A stretch of DNA of 42,510 nt from Octopus bimaculoides (GCF_001194135.2 NC_068986.1:49154922-49197431); one strand, 5' to 3'. Counted from the stretch's first letter, positions 14,195 through 25,334 are shown. Translations and numbers: made by a program. Notes: a model not told the origin generated them from the letters alone.

Positions 14195-14490
14195 ATTCCA
14201 GATAAAATTCACCAGTGTTTTAAAATATGTATGCGATCAAGTGACATCGCATGACTGATATCTATCCGCAATCGTAAAAATATACTGCCGAATACAATTT
14301 ATATTCCTCTTTTAGACCCACATGTGTGTTACAACATATACCGCAGAAGAAATGCAGTTTCGATCATGGAGTGAATTTATTCCAATATTAATTTTAATCA
14401 CATAGGGTAAAATCAGTAATAATTTTACCAGGTAGCCAGTACAGAAATAAAAAATTTTTAGGTAATTTTTTACAAATTATTTTATAATTT

Positions 14491-14546
14491 ATGATGAGAA
14501 CAGTAAGTGATATGTTTTACTGTGAGTTCAAAATGCGTTCATAATT
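14491..14546 (+). ncRNA. Inactivated inverted copy of the 14134-14194 hammerhead
   Basis: aTGATGAgaac...gttcAAAAtgcgTTcataat. C3 is lost at the junction; GAAA>AAAA and CGCG>TGCG look like CpG decay. Confidence 0.7.
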
Positions 14547-14718
14547 AACCATGCCTTGTTGATTCATCATATCTCTTTTGCCTACATTAAAAGTGTGTTA
14601 TTTCTCGGAGACTTTTATGATAGTAAAAAAGACTTTAGCGTCTATTTCTAATTCAGTACGTGACGAGGCAAATAGCTGACCCCTTGTTATAATGATGTAT
14701 ATAATTATAAGCTAATTT

Positions 14719-14732
14719 GTGTGTGTATTTAT

Positions 14733-14805
<73 letters not shown>
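14719..14805. repeat. Compound (GT)/(TACA)/(CA)n/(TA)n microsatellite
   Basis: Directly visible. Confidence 0.95.
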
Positions 14806-14812
<7 letters not shown>

Positions 14813-15300
14813 TAGTTTTAGGGAAAATAACCAAGTTTCAAGAACTCATCGATGAAAATCCACTATCACATATAGAAAAATTAACAATTAAAAGCACAAT
14901 AAATGAGTATAATATAAAGCAAAGTAAATATCATAAGATAAATATAATAAAATGATTACACGTGTTTCATAACTAATTTTCAAATAGAAAGGAAATTTAA
15001 ATCGATTAAAATCAATTGAAATTATCGAAAATTAAATTTTATTCAAAAATATAGCTAATCGTCAGATCTTAAGTAGAACAATAATTAGATAGATATATCT
15101 CAACCAACAATAAGTACCAAATGAATTAATATGAAATACTTATTTTATAAAGATAGAAAAATTATTTAAAATATCAAAATAATAACCATTCAATATATAT
15201 AATCAGATTGTGATTTCAGCAGAAATATTGTAAACTGACAAAGCAAGCTGAGTTTAACCCTAAGCGCGGTGAGAGCCACTAATGAGCATTAAAATGCCAA
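14806..15300 (-). mobile_element. PLE 3' region with a hammerhead
   Basis: Contains the HHR at 14954-15068. Weak minus-strand ...WLSPRLGLN near 15255-15285 resembles a GIY-YIG C-terminal P.GLN motif. Ends at (TA)n. Confidence 0.5.
14954..15068 (-). ncRNA. Type I hammerhead with a long AT-rich stem II insertion
   Basis: Minus strand: gat CTGACGA ttagcta...(~76 nt)...tagttat GAAA cacgtg TA atc. Palindrome ACACGTGT, triplet GUA, first stem II pair is U-U. Confidence 0.65.
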
Positions 15301-15451
15301 ATCATCGATGATCTGGCTATGTCCGCTGGTATAGGGAACGTGCCTCTCTTGTCAGTCGTTACGACAGTGATTTTCGAGTGTATTGTGTTGTCTTGACTCT
15401 TATTTCTAGCAACACTGGTGCTGATTAGTGCCCTTTGTCACTTTAGTGACG

Positions 15452-15454
<3 letters not shown>

Positions 15455-15500
<46 letters not shown>

Positions 15501-15540
15501 CTGTGTGTGTTATATGTGTGTCTGTGTGTGTGTTTGTGTT

Positions 15541-15573
<33 letters not shown>

Positions 15574-15600
15574 GCGTGCATGTATGTGTGTGTGCGTGTC
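15455..15600. repeat. (TA)n/(GT)n compound microsatellite
   Basis: Directly visible. Confidence 0.95.
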
Positions 15601-15612
15601 TTGTGCAACCAA

Positions 15613-16557
15613 AAGGAGCTACCATTCTTAGATGTACTAATTAAAAAAATAAACCTAAAATTAAAAACGGACATATTTTACAAAATCACAGACGCCAAAC
15701 AATATCTACTATTTAATTCATGCCACCCAAGACACACCAAAACAAACATCCCCTTCAACGTTGCAAGCAGGATATGTACAATAGTGTCAGAACAAAATAC
15801 CAGAGACTTTAGACTGCAAGAACTCAAAAATACCCTAATTGACAGACACTACCCAGTTTAACTCATAGAGGATGGAATCAGACGTACAACACAAATCGAC
15901 ATAGAAACCTTAAGAAAAGTTCAACACAGCAACACACCTTTCCCGAAAATACTGCCGTACATATCTACATACAACCCCAGAAACAAAGAAGCCTTCACCA
16001 TCATCACCCAAAATTTACCAATGTTACATAACGACCCCAAATGAAAGGAAATTTCATACTTACATAAAATCATTAATAACCACAAACAACCGAAATCACT
16101 AAAGAATATCCTCATAAAGGCAAAATTATTTTCTAAAATAACGGATGCAAAAGTGAAAAAATGTGGTCGACCAAATTGTGCAACATGCCCCAAACCTTTT
16201 AGAAGGATCAGAATTCCTTTTCAAAGAGGGACAAACATTCCAAACCAAATCTGACTTTACTTTTCTTTTCAGAAAACTAGATTTATATTATAAGATGCTC
16301 GGCTGCCACAAAACTACATAGGGTCCACGGGATTATCGTTCAAACGCAGATGCACTCTGCATCAACGGCAAATTGCATTCCCAGAATACAGAATGATAGC
16401 CTTTAGTGAACATATTCAGAAATGCGCAAAGCAAATGCTACCACAATTTGTAATCTTTCCATTCTATCAATGTGCCATTGGAACACCAACACAAATTAGA
16501 TTAAATAAGGAAACCTTCTTCATTGAAAAATATAAGCCAAAACTTAACCATTTCTAA
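15613..16557 (+). mobile_element. 5'-truncated Penelope-like element (Neptune-type): RT C-terminus, Cys-rich linker and GIY-YIG endonuclease; pseudogenised
   Basis: ELPFLDVLI...TDIFYKITDAKQYLLFNSCHPRHTKTNIPF...; CGRPNCATC linker; IYIIRC...IGSTG...RCTLHQRQI...SEHIQKC...KETFFIEKYKPKLN*. Internal stops and frameshifts. Confidence 0.9.
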
Positions 16558-16954
16558 CATTTTTAAATAAGGAAATTCACCTCATTGAAAAAAAAATATA
16601 AAGCAAAACCTAACCACTTGTAAAATTCTATTCCTTCTAAACCAAATCATGCAAAATTAATAAAACCTAGTCATTCCCGACATTTTTGATTATTTCCCTT
16701 ATACCAGGAAAAATGNNNNNNNNNNNNNNNNNNNNNNNNNNNNNNNNNNNNNNNNNNNNNNNNNNNNNNNNNNNNNNNNNNNNNNNNNNNNNNNNNNNNN
16801 NNNTTAAGAAATTTGAAAAGAGAATACGAAACCCGTTATATCTCAAAAAACAATGTTACTATACGCAACATTTTATAACATTTTTCTAACATAACGATTT
16901 AAATATATTCTTTAACCATATAACAAAGCCGTCCGTAATTTTTCACTCTTTTTT

Positions 16955-17256
16955 TTGTATATATATATATATATATACACGCACGCACAAAAAATATACT
17001 CACACGCGCACACGGAAACACACATAAACACACACACACCCGTACCTAACACTCACAATCCCACACACACACGCACATCCACACACATACACACACACGC
17101 ACACACCCACATACACACACACACTTCTCACCAACACTACACACTCACACAGACACGCATACAATCACACACACATGGGCACAAACAACACACGCATATA
17201 CAATAGCAAACGCACGCACACACACGTACACAGCAACGCACATACAACATACACAT
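16955..17256. repeat. Degenerate (CA)n tract
   Basis: Directly visible. Confidence 0.95.
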
Positions 17257-18246
17257 NNNNNNNNNNNNNNNNNNNNNNNNNNNNNNNNNNNNNNNNNNNN
17301 NNNNNNNNNNNNNNNNNNNNNNNNNNNNNNNNNNNNNNNNNNNNNNNNNNNNNNNNNNNNNNNNNNNNNNNNNNNNNNNNNNNNNNNNNNNNNNNNNNNN
17401 NNNNNNNNNNNNNNNNNNNNNNNNNNNNNNNNNNNNNNNNNNNNNNNNNNNNNNNNNNNNNNNNNNNNNNNNNNNNNNNNNNNNNNNNNNNNNNNNNNNN
17501 NNNNNNNNNNNNNNNNNNNNNNNNNNNNNNNNNNNNNNNNNNNNNNNNNNNNNNNNNNNNNNNNNNNNNNNNNNNNNNNNNNNNNNNNNNNNNNNNNNNN
17601 NNNNNNNNNNNNNNNNNNNNNNNNNNNNNNNNNNNNNNNNNNNNNNNNNNNNNNNNNNNNNNNNNNNNNNNNNNNNNNNNNNNNNNNNNNNNNNNNNNNN
17701 NNNNNNNNNNNNNNNNNNNNNNNNNNNNNNNNNNNNNNNNNNNNNNNNNNNNNNNNNNNNNNNNNNNNNNNNNNNNNNNNNNNNNNNNNNNNNNNNNNNN
17801 NNNNNNNNNNNNNNNNNNNNNNNNNNNNNNNNNNNNNNNNNNNNNNNNNNNNNNNNNNNNNNNNNNNNNNNNNNNNNNNNNNNNNNNNNNNNNNNNNNNN
17901 NNNNNNNNNNNNNNNNNNNNNNNNNNNNNNNNNNNNNNNNNNNNNNNNNNNNNNNNNNNNNNNNNNNNNNNNNNNNNNNNNNNNNNNNNNNNNNNNNNNN
18001 NNNNNNNNNNNNNNNNNNNNNNNNNNNNNNNNNNNNNNNNNNNNNNNNNNNNNNNNNNNNNNNNNNNNNNNNNNNNNNNNNNNNNNNNNNNNNNNNNNNN
18101 NNNNNNNNNNNNNNNNNNNNNNNNNATATATATATATATATGTATGTATGTCTGTATGTATATATATATATATATATATGTATGTATGCATGCATGCATG
18201 CATGTATGTATGTATATATGTATGTATGTATGTATATTCGATGGGC

Positions 18247-18392
18247 TACGTCTACCAAATTCGTTCGCAAGACATTAGTCGGACCGGAGCAATAGCAGAA
18301 AATATCTGTCTAGGGTACTGCTCAGTGGGATTGAAGCCGAAACCACGTGATTGCAAAGTGAGTTGCTTAATTACACAGTCATGCCTGCGACT
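18247..18392 (-). mobile_element. SINE family B (5' part, diverged)
   Basis: gtctaccaaattc...cagtgggattgaa...ttacacagtcatgcctgcg is the reverse complement of the family B head. Confidence 0.7.
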
Positions 18393-19249
18393 TCATTTTA
18401 AATAAACCAATTCCCTACATATAAGCAAATCAAGATAAAAGACTGGCTCCACGACTAACTTAAATTCTTTAGAATTTATTCAGGTAGTCGTAGATAAAAT
18501 AAACAGGTCTGGATCGCCTTTGATTATAGATTTGCTCGATCAAGGATTATCTGAAGCTGACCAACCTCGTTGACCATGCCAATGATAAGACGTGAAACTG
18601 AAAATGTTTTGAGGACAAGTCGGCTGGCACATTAACCAATTCTACTATTTGCCAGCATCTTGAAACAGTATACTGAAAAAAAATAACATCAAATATACCA
18701 AAACAAAATATCACAAAGAAAGAACGAAAGAAAAGATAAACTAAATGTTTGTGTATGTTGTGACAGAGGCAAATATGTGAAAAACAGTATTTACTTGCCT
18801 GGTTGGGACGTTGCCAATTGTGCATTACATCTACATTAGAAATGTCTGTTCCATCAGTTTTGTATATATATTTGTGGTGACATTACTTTCTTTCCATTTG
18901 TTGAATCATAAGTGAAAACTGAATTTATTGTGTAAATTTGAAAATGAAAAAAAAGTATCTAAAAGTACTTCGTACCACCGATGCCGCTATTTTCTCCATC
19001 ACAGTCTCCAAAACCAGCACCAACGCGAGCATCACGACCAACAGCAGCATCAGCATCAAATCCCTTTCAAATATGGACAGGACTTTGGAAACTACTCGTA
19101 GAAACACTTAAACATTCGTTGATATATAGAGAAGGTGCGTCAGCTATTTCTATACAAAATTTTAATTTAAGGAAAACAAAAATATTTCTTAGAAAAACAG
19201 TATGTATTATAGAATTTAGTACAGATAGTCTTACATGCACGTACTAAAA

Positions 19250-19540
19250 GGCTAATCAACAAAGCCTCACTACGGCTTCTGAACGAGTGTGTTCATCAGG
19301 TAATCTTTATTCATGTTTGCCATAACGTCCTCAATAGCTGACATCAACAAGTCCTTGGTATTATGGGCATATCTGTTGATCTCGCTATCTCAACTACACC
19401 CCAGGCATAGTAGTCCAAGGGGTTTAAATCAGTAGAGCTACTAAGCCAAAACGTTAACAGTTACAGGATCATGACAACTTTCGGCCATCCACTTTTGGGT
19501 CATGCAAGCTGCGAGAGGGAGCAGAGTCTGACTGGAACAG
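19250..19540 (-). mobile_element. Tc1/mariner-superfamily transposase C-terminal remnant
   Basis: FQSDSAP...MTQKWMAE...WLSSSTDLNPLDYYAWGVVE...RYAHNTKDLLMSAIEDVMANMNKD, matching the FQQDxAPxH and WPPxSPDLNPLDY motifs. Confidence 0.85.
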
Positions 19541-19734
19541 AGTAATTAAAGAATTTGTGTACTCATTTAATGGTTTTTTTCCTTTTGTGCAACAACCAAG
19601 TTATGGAAGATTACGGTACACAAAAGACACCGGTTTTATAATGGCGTAAATGCCAAGAAAACGCATGGTCACATAATCATACATATACAAACATGTACAT
19701 GGATGGAGTTGTGGATGGTTTGCGTGTGTGTATC

Positions 19735-19930
19735 GGCACAGGTATGGCTTTGTGGTTAAGAATCTCGCTTCCCAACCACGTGGTTTTGTGTTCAGTCCAT
19801 CTGTGTGGCATCTTGGGTAATTGTCTTCTATTATAGCCCTGGAGTGACCAATGCCTTGTGAGTGAATTTGATAGACGGACGTGTGTTAAAGCTCATTGTA
19901 TATGTGCGTGTGTGTATCTATGATGTGTGT

Positions 19931-19972
<42 letters not shown>

Positions 19973-20169
19973 TTGTTCTTTGCCCACCCCAACGCTTAAC
20001 AACCGGTGTTGGCTTGTTTACGTTGTCATAATCTAGTGGTTCGGTGAAAACGACTGATAGAATAAGTACCAGACTTAGAATTAAGTACTAGAGACGTAGT
20101 GTTCGCTTAAAGCCTTGAATTCAGTGCCCCAGTATGGCCGCAGTCCAGTGACTGAAAAAAGTAAAAGAT
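19735..20169 (+). mobile_element. SINE family B, near full length with internal (GT)n
   Basis: Head, internal (GT)n, aataagtacc core and gcagtccagtgactgaaa...gtaaaaga tail. Confidence 0.85.
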
Positions 20170-21135
20170 TATCGGTAAAGGTAAAACATATTCTTCTTTC
20201 TGTATGTAGGAATTTATATTCTATCGTCTTTAGATAGAAGAATAAGTTAGTTTCGACTAAATAGTGGAATTTCTACTGTTAACATGACTAAGTTTCATCT
20301 CTACGTGTTGTAATTCGTCATCCTGATAAACATCTGCCTCACACAGAATCAAATAAATGAACGACGAAGAATTAAAGAAATGTTCTCAAAGCATAAAATG
20401 TTACATCTGCATATTTGGTGAACTCTAATTTATCAATTAGATGTCCTTAATTAACACATTTACGTCATCAAATGCTACAGAGATGTTAAAAATTATGGGC
20501 CTTGGGATATGCATGAGTTTCTCGGCTATTCTATCTTTCTGGAAACCCGATTGAGTTTAAGTTTACATATAAATTTACGGAAATTTATGTATAAGATGAC
20601 CTAAAAACAGTCGACATTTCGTGGAATGGCTGTGCTAGAGAAACAGCCGACATAACTAGGTGAACAACGTAGGACCTAAAGCTAATGCTAATAATGGTTA
20701 TAAGGGTCAGAAATCAATGACTCCGTCAGAATATGTAACTATGAATTTGTTGACAATATTCTTACGTTTGATATTTCAGACATATTGTTTTTAAATAACA
20801 CAACAGAGATATTGTAAAGTATAAATAAACAACAGAGAACGGAAGGAAATATACCAAACAAAACCTTTCTAACCTTTAATAAATAAATATACCAAGCAAG
20901 AAAAAATAGATATTATACAAAACAGAACGAAGTCAACGACTTGCTATTGAAACAGAAAAAATTTATATCAAAATAATTTCATTCACAAAGAAGCAAAGGT
21001 GAAAATTACTTTATATAACACATCATTCATTATTTACATTATAAAATACTCTTTTTTACGTAAGCAACGTAATAAAGTAAATGAATCTTTGGTTTACGTA
21101 ATAATGAAATAAATTTACGTAAAAGAGAAATATTA

Positions 21136-21486
21136 AACAAGAGCACTCAGAAAGCGCAAACCTCCACCAAGGCAACACCAACGTCCTCTCAACGATTAAC
21201 CAGAGGTGATTTTTTATAATGAGAATATCTGAAATAAACACGAATACTAAAACTGAACCCGACCGATCTCAAAGATTAAATAAAAAACCCTGAAAAATAA
21301 TCCAGAATCCTTGTCCAGTATCCGATCGATCCCCAAATCTAATCAGTTTATGCCAGTCACGGGGCCAAAAATCCCTGAAAGTTTCATCCGAAACCATCCA
21401 GTGGTTCTTGAGATATCTTGTCTACGGACAAACAAACAAACGCGATTGAAATCAATACCTCTACCTTCGCTAAGGCGGAGGTAATA
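21136..21486 (-). mobile_element. Helentron-associated non-autonomous element (HINE/DINE-1-like), apparently complete
   Basis: Minus strand: 5' ttattACCTCCGCCTT-agcg-AAGGTAGAGGT palindrome; (GTTT)n; 3' subterminal inverted repeat CCTTGGTGGAGGT; GCGCTTTCTGAGTGC hairpin; ends cttgtt. Confidence 0.75.
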
Positions 21487-21549
21487 AATATACGTAATAA
21501 AATAATTTGGTTTACGCAATAAATATATTTAACTATTTAAACTAAATGA

Positions 21550-21880
21550 ACGTTTGATTCGACCATGAATATTCAGTTGTTGGATAACCTAAATTAATCA
21601 TTGAATAAGCGCTTAAGTGGCTTTGTATTCTACAGGCAGTTGTACTCTTAAGGAAATTCTCTAGAGGAATTAGTGTGACTCGGTGCAAGACAAGGCTGGT
21701 CATTTCAAAAACGGCTACAGTCACTGTGATAGTCGTTTGCACAGCTACCATCAACCCAGTTTGGTTTGCAACGAGTCTTTCATTAAAGACGCTTTCTCAG
21801 ATTCATCTCAGTGGGATTGAAACTGGGACCTCATGATTGCGAAAAGAACTTATTAATCATGCTTGTCATGGATTTAGGCA
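21550..21880 (-). mobile_element. Diverged SINE (family D) with a family-B-like tRNA head at the right end
   Basis: cagtgggattgaaactgggacctcatgattg head remnant; internal gtgtgac...gacaaggctgg segment. Body assignment is from recall. Confidence 0.5.
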
Positions 21881-22209
21881 TTTACAATAATAAATGCATC
21901 AAGTAATAAATTTACATTACACAAATTGGCAGATAGCAATGAAATTAGTTATTAAAAAACAAACGTTGTTGACGAATAATTTAATTATATATATTGAAGC
22001 AGCTATGAAAACAATGGAAATGGTCCCGTGTGTCTACGGACACTTTTCCAAAATGTTGCACATAACGCAGTCTCCACCAAACAAATTCTCAGTCTAAGGG
22101 AATTAACATAGATACAAACGTACAAACGTGATCGCACGAACACATGAATATGCAGAATACATACATACGTACACACGTGCATATATACATATATACACGC
22201 ATACATACA

Positions 22210-22680
22210 ACACACTGGCTAAATACCAATCTTGAGAAATTAACCTTCTCAAAACCAGAAAGGAGAAAGCTAATTCGAAGACTACAAATCCAGTCCATCA
22301 TTGGAACTGTAAAAATCTGTAAAACTTTCCAGAAGTTTAGCATTTAAATATATATGAGCATGTCTAGATATGCAATTATATCTATGAGAATACATACATA
22401 AGATATACAAATCTGCACATACATACATACATACATACATACATACATAAATACATACACACACACACATACATAAATACATACATACATACACACATAC
22501 AAACATACATACGTACATACATACATACATACATACATACATACATACATACATGCAAAAGTACCCAATTGTTGATGTTGAAATTCCAATGAAGGAATCT
22601 TGGATCTAGGTTAGAAATCAGTTCTTTCTCTATTGGCAAGACATCTTGAAATAAATTAATAATGACATACATACATATAT
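22210..22680 (+). mobile_element. 3' end of an RLE-type (R2-superclade, R4-like) LINE with (TACA)n inside the 3' UTR
   Basis: ...NTNLEKLTFSKPERRKLIRRLQIQSIIGTVKICKTFQKFSI* (stop 22345-22347) resembles RLE ORF C-termini. The UTR ends aataatg|acatacatac. Confidence 0.55.
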
Positions 22681-23329
22681 GTAAGCACATGCACGCTGGC
22701 GTACACACATGCGCACAAACGAACAAAAAGAGACGCAGCTCCGATAACGGACAGAGTCAACAACGCTGGAAGACGTTGCAAGAAGCAAAGAAAATTTTAG
22801 AAGAAAAAAAAATAATAAATAAATAAGTGGAAATCGAACAGGTAACTGTTAATAAGGCATCAAACCAGAATGACTCTTCCCAGATACAACAAAACTACAT
22901 GTAAGTTCTGGAAAAACTAAAAACGGAAAATTACTCATGGCCTATTTTTCAAGTTTTACGATGTTTTGATTTTCAATTGTCTCCTTCATTATTCTCTGTG
23001 TATGAAGAAGTATGCTACTCACGGAGACAGATTGTTACTATATATTTCCTATTAAATTTGTGTGTGTACTTTAATATCATTATCATAATTTTTTTATTCG
23101 TTTTATATCTATATCTTCGAGCCACCAGGCTATTTGCCTAAGAAAAGCTATTTGTATTTTTGCTTGCTCTAATACTCAAGTTCCATAAGTCAACAGCCAT
23201 TTCTTATATATATTCAATACAATCTAAATGAATAACTTTCAATATCCATAGTACAATTTTGGCAACTTATTTCAACCCAGTCAATAACGAGGGTTTCTGC
23301 TAGTACCGTTACATATATACACACATACA

Positions 23330-23365
<36 letters not shown>

Positions 23366-23444
23366 TATATACACGCATATATATTTACATACACATACAT
23401 ATGTATTTAGATGTTTGTATATGTGTGTCTTTGTGTATGTGTTT

Positions 23445-23590
23445 GTCACATGCCCCCGCTTGGAAACCTGTGTTGGTTTGTTTACGCCCTCGATCTATAA
23501 AAGAGGCCAATGGAAATAAGTACCTGGCATTAAAAAATAAGATACGGCCGCAGTCCAGTGACTGAAACAAGAAACGAGTAAAAGATAAAT
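23445..23590 (+). mobile_element. SINE family B (3' part)
   Basis: ccgcttggaaacctgtgttgg...aataagtacc...ggccgcagtccagtgactgaaacaag...aaagata. Confidence 0.75.
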
Positions 23591-23929
23591 TGTCTATGTA
23601 TATACATGTCTGTACCTGTGTGTGTGGGGGGGGGGGTGCCTGTGTGTGTGCTCGTCTCAGTGTGTATATACGTTTGTTAGATGTAACTAGGATATTTATT
23701 GCTAATAAACTAATGTCTGTAATAAACTGCACGTCGGCAGTTATTCAAGTCAGCGAGGAAATTGAAGAATGTTTCAAAGATTGGCAATAAGAATAAGAAA
23801 TGTCACGTATGAGAGGCAATATTTATAGGCATGTAAATTACTGTCACGTGACCGAATGTCATAGATACGAAACGACGCCCATGCTTATTTATGTGAAATA
23901 CAGTATTGCAAGCATTTTCCTGAAGAATT

Positions 23930-24257
23930 GGTCGGTTGGTTGGCTCACTTAATTGCTTACTCGGTAGGTTGGTAGATTGACTGGCTAGTTGCTTGTTTCA
24001 TTAATTGATCGTTAGATGGATAGTCAGTTGGTCAGTTAGTTTCTTGTTGTTGTTTGTTCCTTCTCGAGCCATAAGGGCCGGTTTCCCGGTTTCAGTAGCG
24101 TATAAGTTCTCCACCTGGACAGAACGCCGGTCTGTCGTAAGTTAGTTTCTTAGTGGTTGATTAGTTGGTACGTTTATTGGTTTGTTTTGGGGTTGGTTGG
24201 TTGGTTGCATTTTGGTTGGGTGGTTAGTTGGTTAATGGATGTTTGATTGGATGGCTA
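23930..24257. repeat. Degenerate (TTGG/TTAG)n tract
   Basis: Directly visible. A short SINE-like fragment sits at ~24070-24138. Confidence 0.8.
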
Positions 24258-24466
24258 GGTGGCAAAATTGTTAGCACTTCAGTCAAACCTCTTCGTGGCA
24301 TTTCGTCCATCTTGATGTACCGAGTTCAAATGCAGTCGAGATCAACTTTACCTTTCATATTTTCTGGGTCAATAAAATAAGTACCAGTTGAGCACAGGGG
24401 TCGGTGCAATCGCCTAGTACTTCCTCACTCAAAATTTCAATCATTATGCCTATATTAGAAAGATTT
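24258..24466 (+). mobile_element. SINE family A (tandem copy 1)
   Basis: gagttcaaat B-box; aataagtaccagttgagcacaggggtcg core. Confidence 0.8.
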
Positions 24467-24469
24467 TTA

Positions 24470-24679
24470 AAGGTGTCTCGCTTGCTGAATCGCTAGCACG
24501 CCGGACAAAACGCTTAGCAGCATTTCGTCCATATTTATTTTCTGAGTTCAAACGCCTTTCAACTTTGCTTTTCATCCTTTCTGGTTCAATAAAATAAGTG
24601 TCATTTGAAAACTGTAGTCGTTCCAATCACCTAGCATCCTCCCCCAAAATTTCAGGCCTTGTATTTATAGAAGAAAGTC
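24470..24679 (+). mobile_element. SINE family A (tandem copy 2)
   Basis: gcacgccggacaaaacgcttagcagcatttcgtcc hairpin; gagttcaaac; cccccaaaatttcaggccttg tail. Confidence 0.8.
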
Positions 24680-25334
24680 TGATCATTGTATGTGAAAGTC
24701 ATCGTTGTTACTTCTTTTGCTTTATTTATGCTGGAGGCATAGTGGCTTTCAGAACTGGCAAATAGGTGGACTTACTGCCTCAAACTATTAAGTTACGGCT
24801 GTTTATCTTATGAATACATTCTTTAAGGGTCAATATATTTTAAAAATAGTGTGGCAGTATTCTTCGTTTGTAACGAGCCTGATCACCATTTCCTATTATG
24901 GACTTTGTAACAGATTCTCTTAACATCGACTCAACATGGAATTCTGTACCTCTACTTTTAGCTAAGTTATTAGTTATTCCACATTTTCTGTTGTTTCTCC
25001 CTTCTAACCACAAACGTCTGCCAATTAAGCCTGTTTTAGTGGGGGGGGGTTTTTTGTCTTCTCTGATGATAGCAACTTATCGGGTTCGAAAATCAATTAA
25101 GGTTGTTCATAGTTATCTTTTTTTTTTTCAATATATCGAGAGAGAAATAGTTAAATTTTCCTTGTTTATATATCTACTCACATTTATATAAATATGAAAT
25201 GCCTCAAACACTTATATAATGGTAACGTCCGGATGAATGTAATCAGTAATTGGGTTTTCTTAATAAGGTTATTATCTACTCCACTATCAATTCTATTTCC
25301 TATATCTAATCTTTTATTATCATAAGGCATACTA

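Larger units (their letters stand above)
13906..14708 (-). mobile_element. ORF-less hammerhead-bearing element (PLE-derived or retrozyme-like): 513-bp unit plus 71-bp direct repeat plus inverted 217-bp copy
   Basis: A (13906-13976) vs A' (14419-14489): 62/71 identical. B (13971-14187) vs reverse complement of B' (14492-14708): 204/217 identical, no indels. HHR at 14134-14194. Confidence 0.8.

Noticed and set aside
14345-14418. Second HHR in the spacer (minus strand GAAActgcaTT)
   Set aside because: The upstream CTGATTT does not match CUGANGA and no stem II forms.
23843-23852. GTCACGTGAC E-box/CLEAR palindrome
   Set aside because: Single isolated site with no promoter context.
24185-24235. 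G-quadruplex or telomeric repeat
   Set aside because: Mostly GG doublets in a degenerate TTGG tract; no TTAGGG array.
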